DNA of 64,000 nt. Origin: an uncultured Oscillospiraceae bacterium. GTDB lineage: Bacteria > Bacillota > Clostridia > Christensenellales > CAG-138. Of the stretch, positions 63,699 to 64,000 are shown piece after piece. Position numbers and translations under genes: made by a program. The stretch spans positions 1,558-65,557 of the forward strand of contig CAYWTY010000002.1 in assembly GCA_964461335.1 (NCBI GenBank), given 5' to 3'. The notes beneath the pieces are model-generated. The model was not told where the DNA came from. It ran no database searches and saw only the letters and a list, made by a program, of their open reading frames with translations. Position 1 is the first letter of the stretch. Each line of letters opens with the position of its first letter.

Positions 63699-63941
63699 TT
63701 ATGCAGGCAAAGCCACCATAACAAGCGCAAGCACACCCATAATAATTGCGAGCACTACCGTAATTTTCTGGAGCTTTGCTTCTTTTGTAACTGCCTTGCC
63801 TTTTAGCGAGAGCGAAGATGTCTCGCCGCCAAAGGCTGCGCCAAGCCCGCCTTCTTTGCTCTTTTGCATTAAGACTACAATAATCAACACAATAGAGACA
63901 ACAAGCAAAAAAACGGTAAGTAGCTTGCGGATTGTATCCAT
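63699..63941 (-). CDS. secG: preprotein translocase subunit SecG
   Basis: VVLMQKSKEGGLGAAFGG, two TMs, upstream of rnr as in many Firmicutes. Confidence 0.85.
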   Translation of the reverse strand: MDTIRKLLTVFLLVVSIVLIIVVLMQKSKEGGLGAAFGGETSSLSLKGKAVTKEAKLQKITVVLAIIMGVLALVMVALPA

Positions 63942-64000
63942 TATTACATACCTCCACTAAAGACTGCCAAAAACAATTCTACCACGCCTAAGCGCATAGC

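Overview
This is a densely coding 64-kb chromosomal segment from a spore-forming Firmicute. Gene content points to class Clostridia: spoIIAA-spoIIAB-sigF, spo0A, spoIIID, a SpoVID-like LysM protein, SpoVB/YabM-YabN-HU and YabE-RsmA. Most genes are housekeeping genes of the origin-proximal type: mnmG-rsmG-noc, rpsF-ssb-rpsR, alaS, serS, argS, secG-rnr, recD2-comFC, tdh-kbl, fumarate hydratase, ktrBA, msrAB and lplA.

Unusual content:
1. A ~9.6-kb Gram-positive Tad/Flp pilus locus on the minus strand (41.8-51.3 kb). It contains two paralogous leaders with the c-di-GMP-I (GEMM-I) riboswitch signature. One has a complete promoter-aptamer-terminator layout. The locus also has an unannotated 57-aa Flp pilin gene and a TadG-like protein with a beta-helix-type repeat domain.
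2. A tRNA-Val / ~170-nt GC-rich structured RNA (6S-like rod, unclassified) / tRNA-Gln unit behind a strong promoter, followed by an AT-rich HigB-2/HigA-2 toxin-antitoxin islet.
3. A ~160-bp foldback MITE-like repeat with terminal inverted repeats, present as two full copies and one 37-bp internally deleted remnant.
4. A 103-nt GC-rich, almost perfectly paired four-way junction with GNRA loops, between ogg and tdh-kbl.
5. An orphan, apparently intact terS-terL pair next to a 3 x 67-bp tandem repeat of the 3' end of an MBL-fold gene.
6. A Gly/Pro-repeat protein with a sortase-type sorting signal.

I found no rRNA, CRISPR array, transposase or integrase. All calls come from manual reading of the sequence and the ORF translations. 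No database search or folding program was run. Refined start codons are my own RBS and homology judgement.
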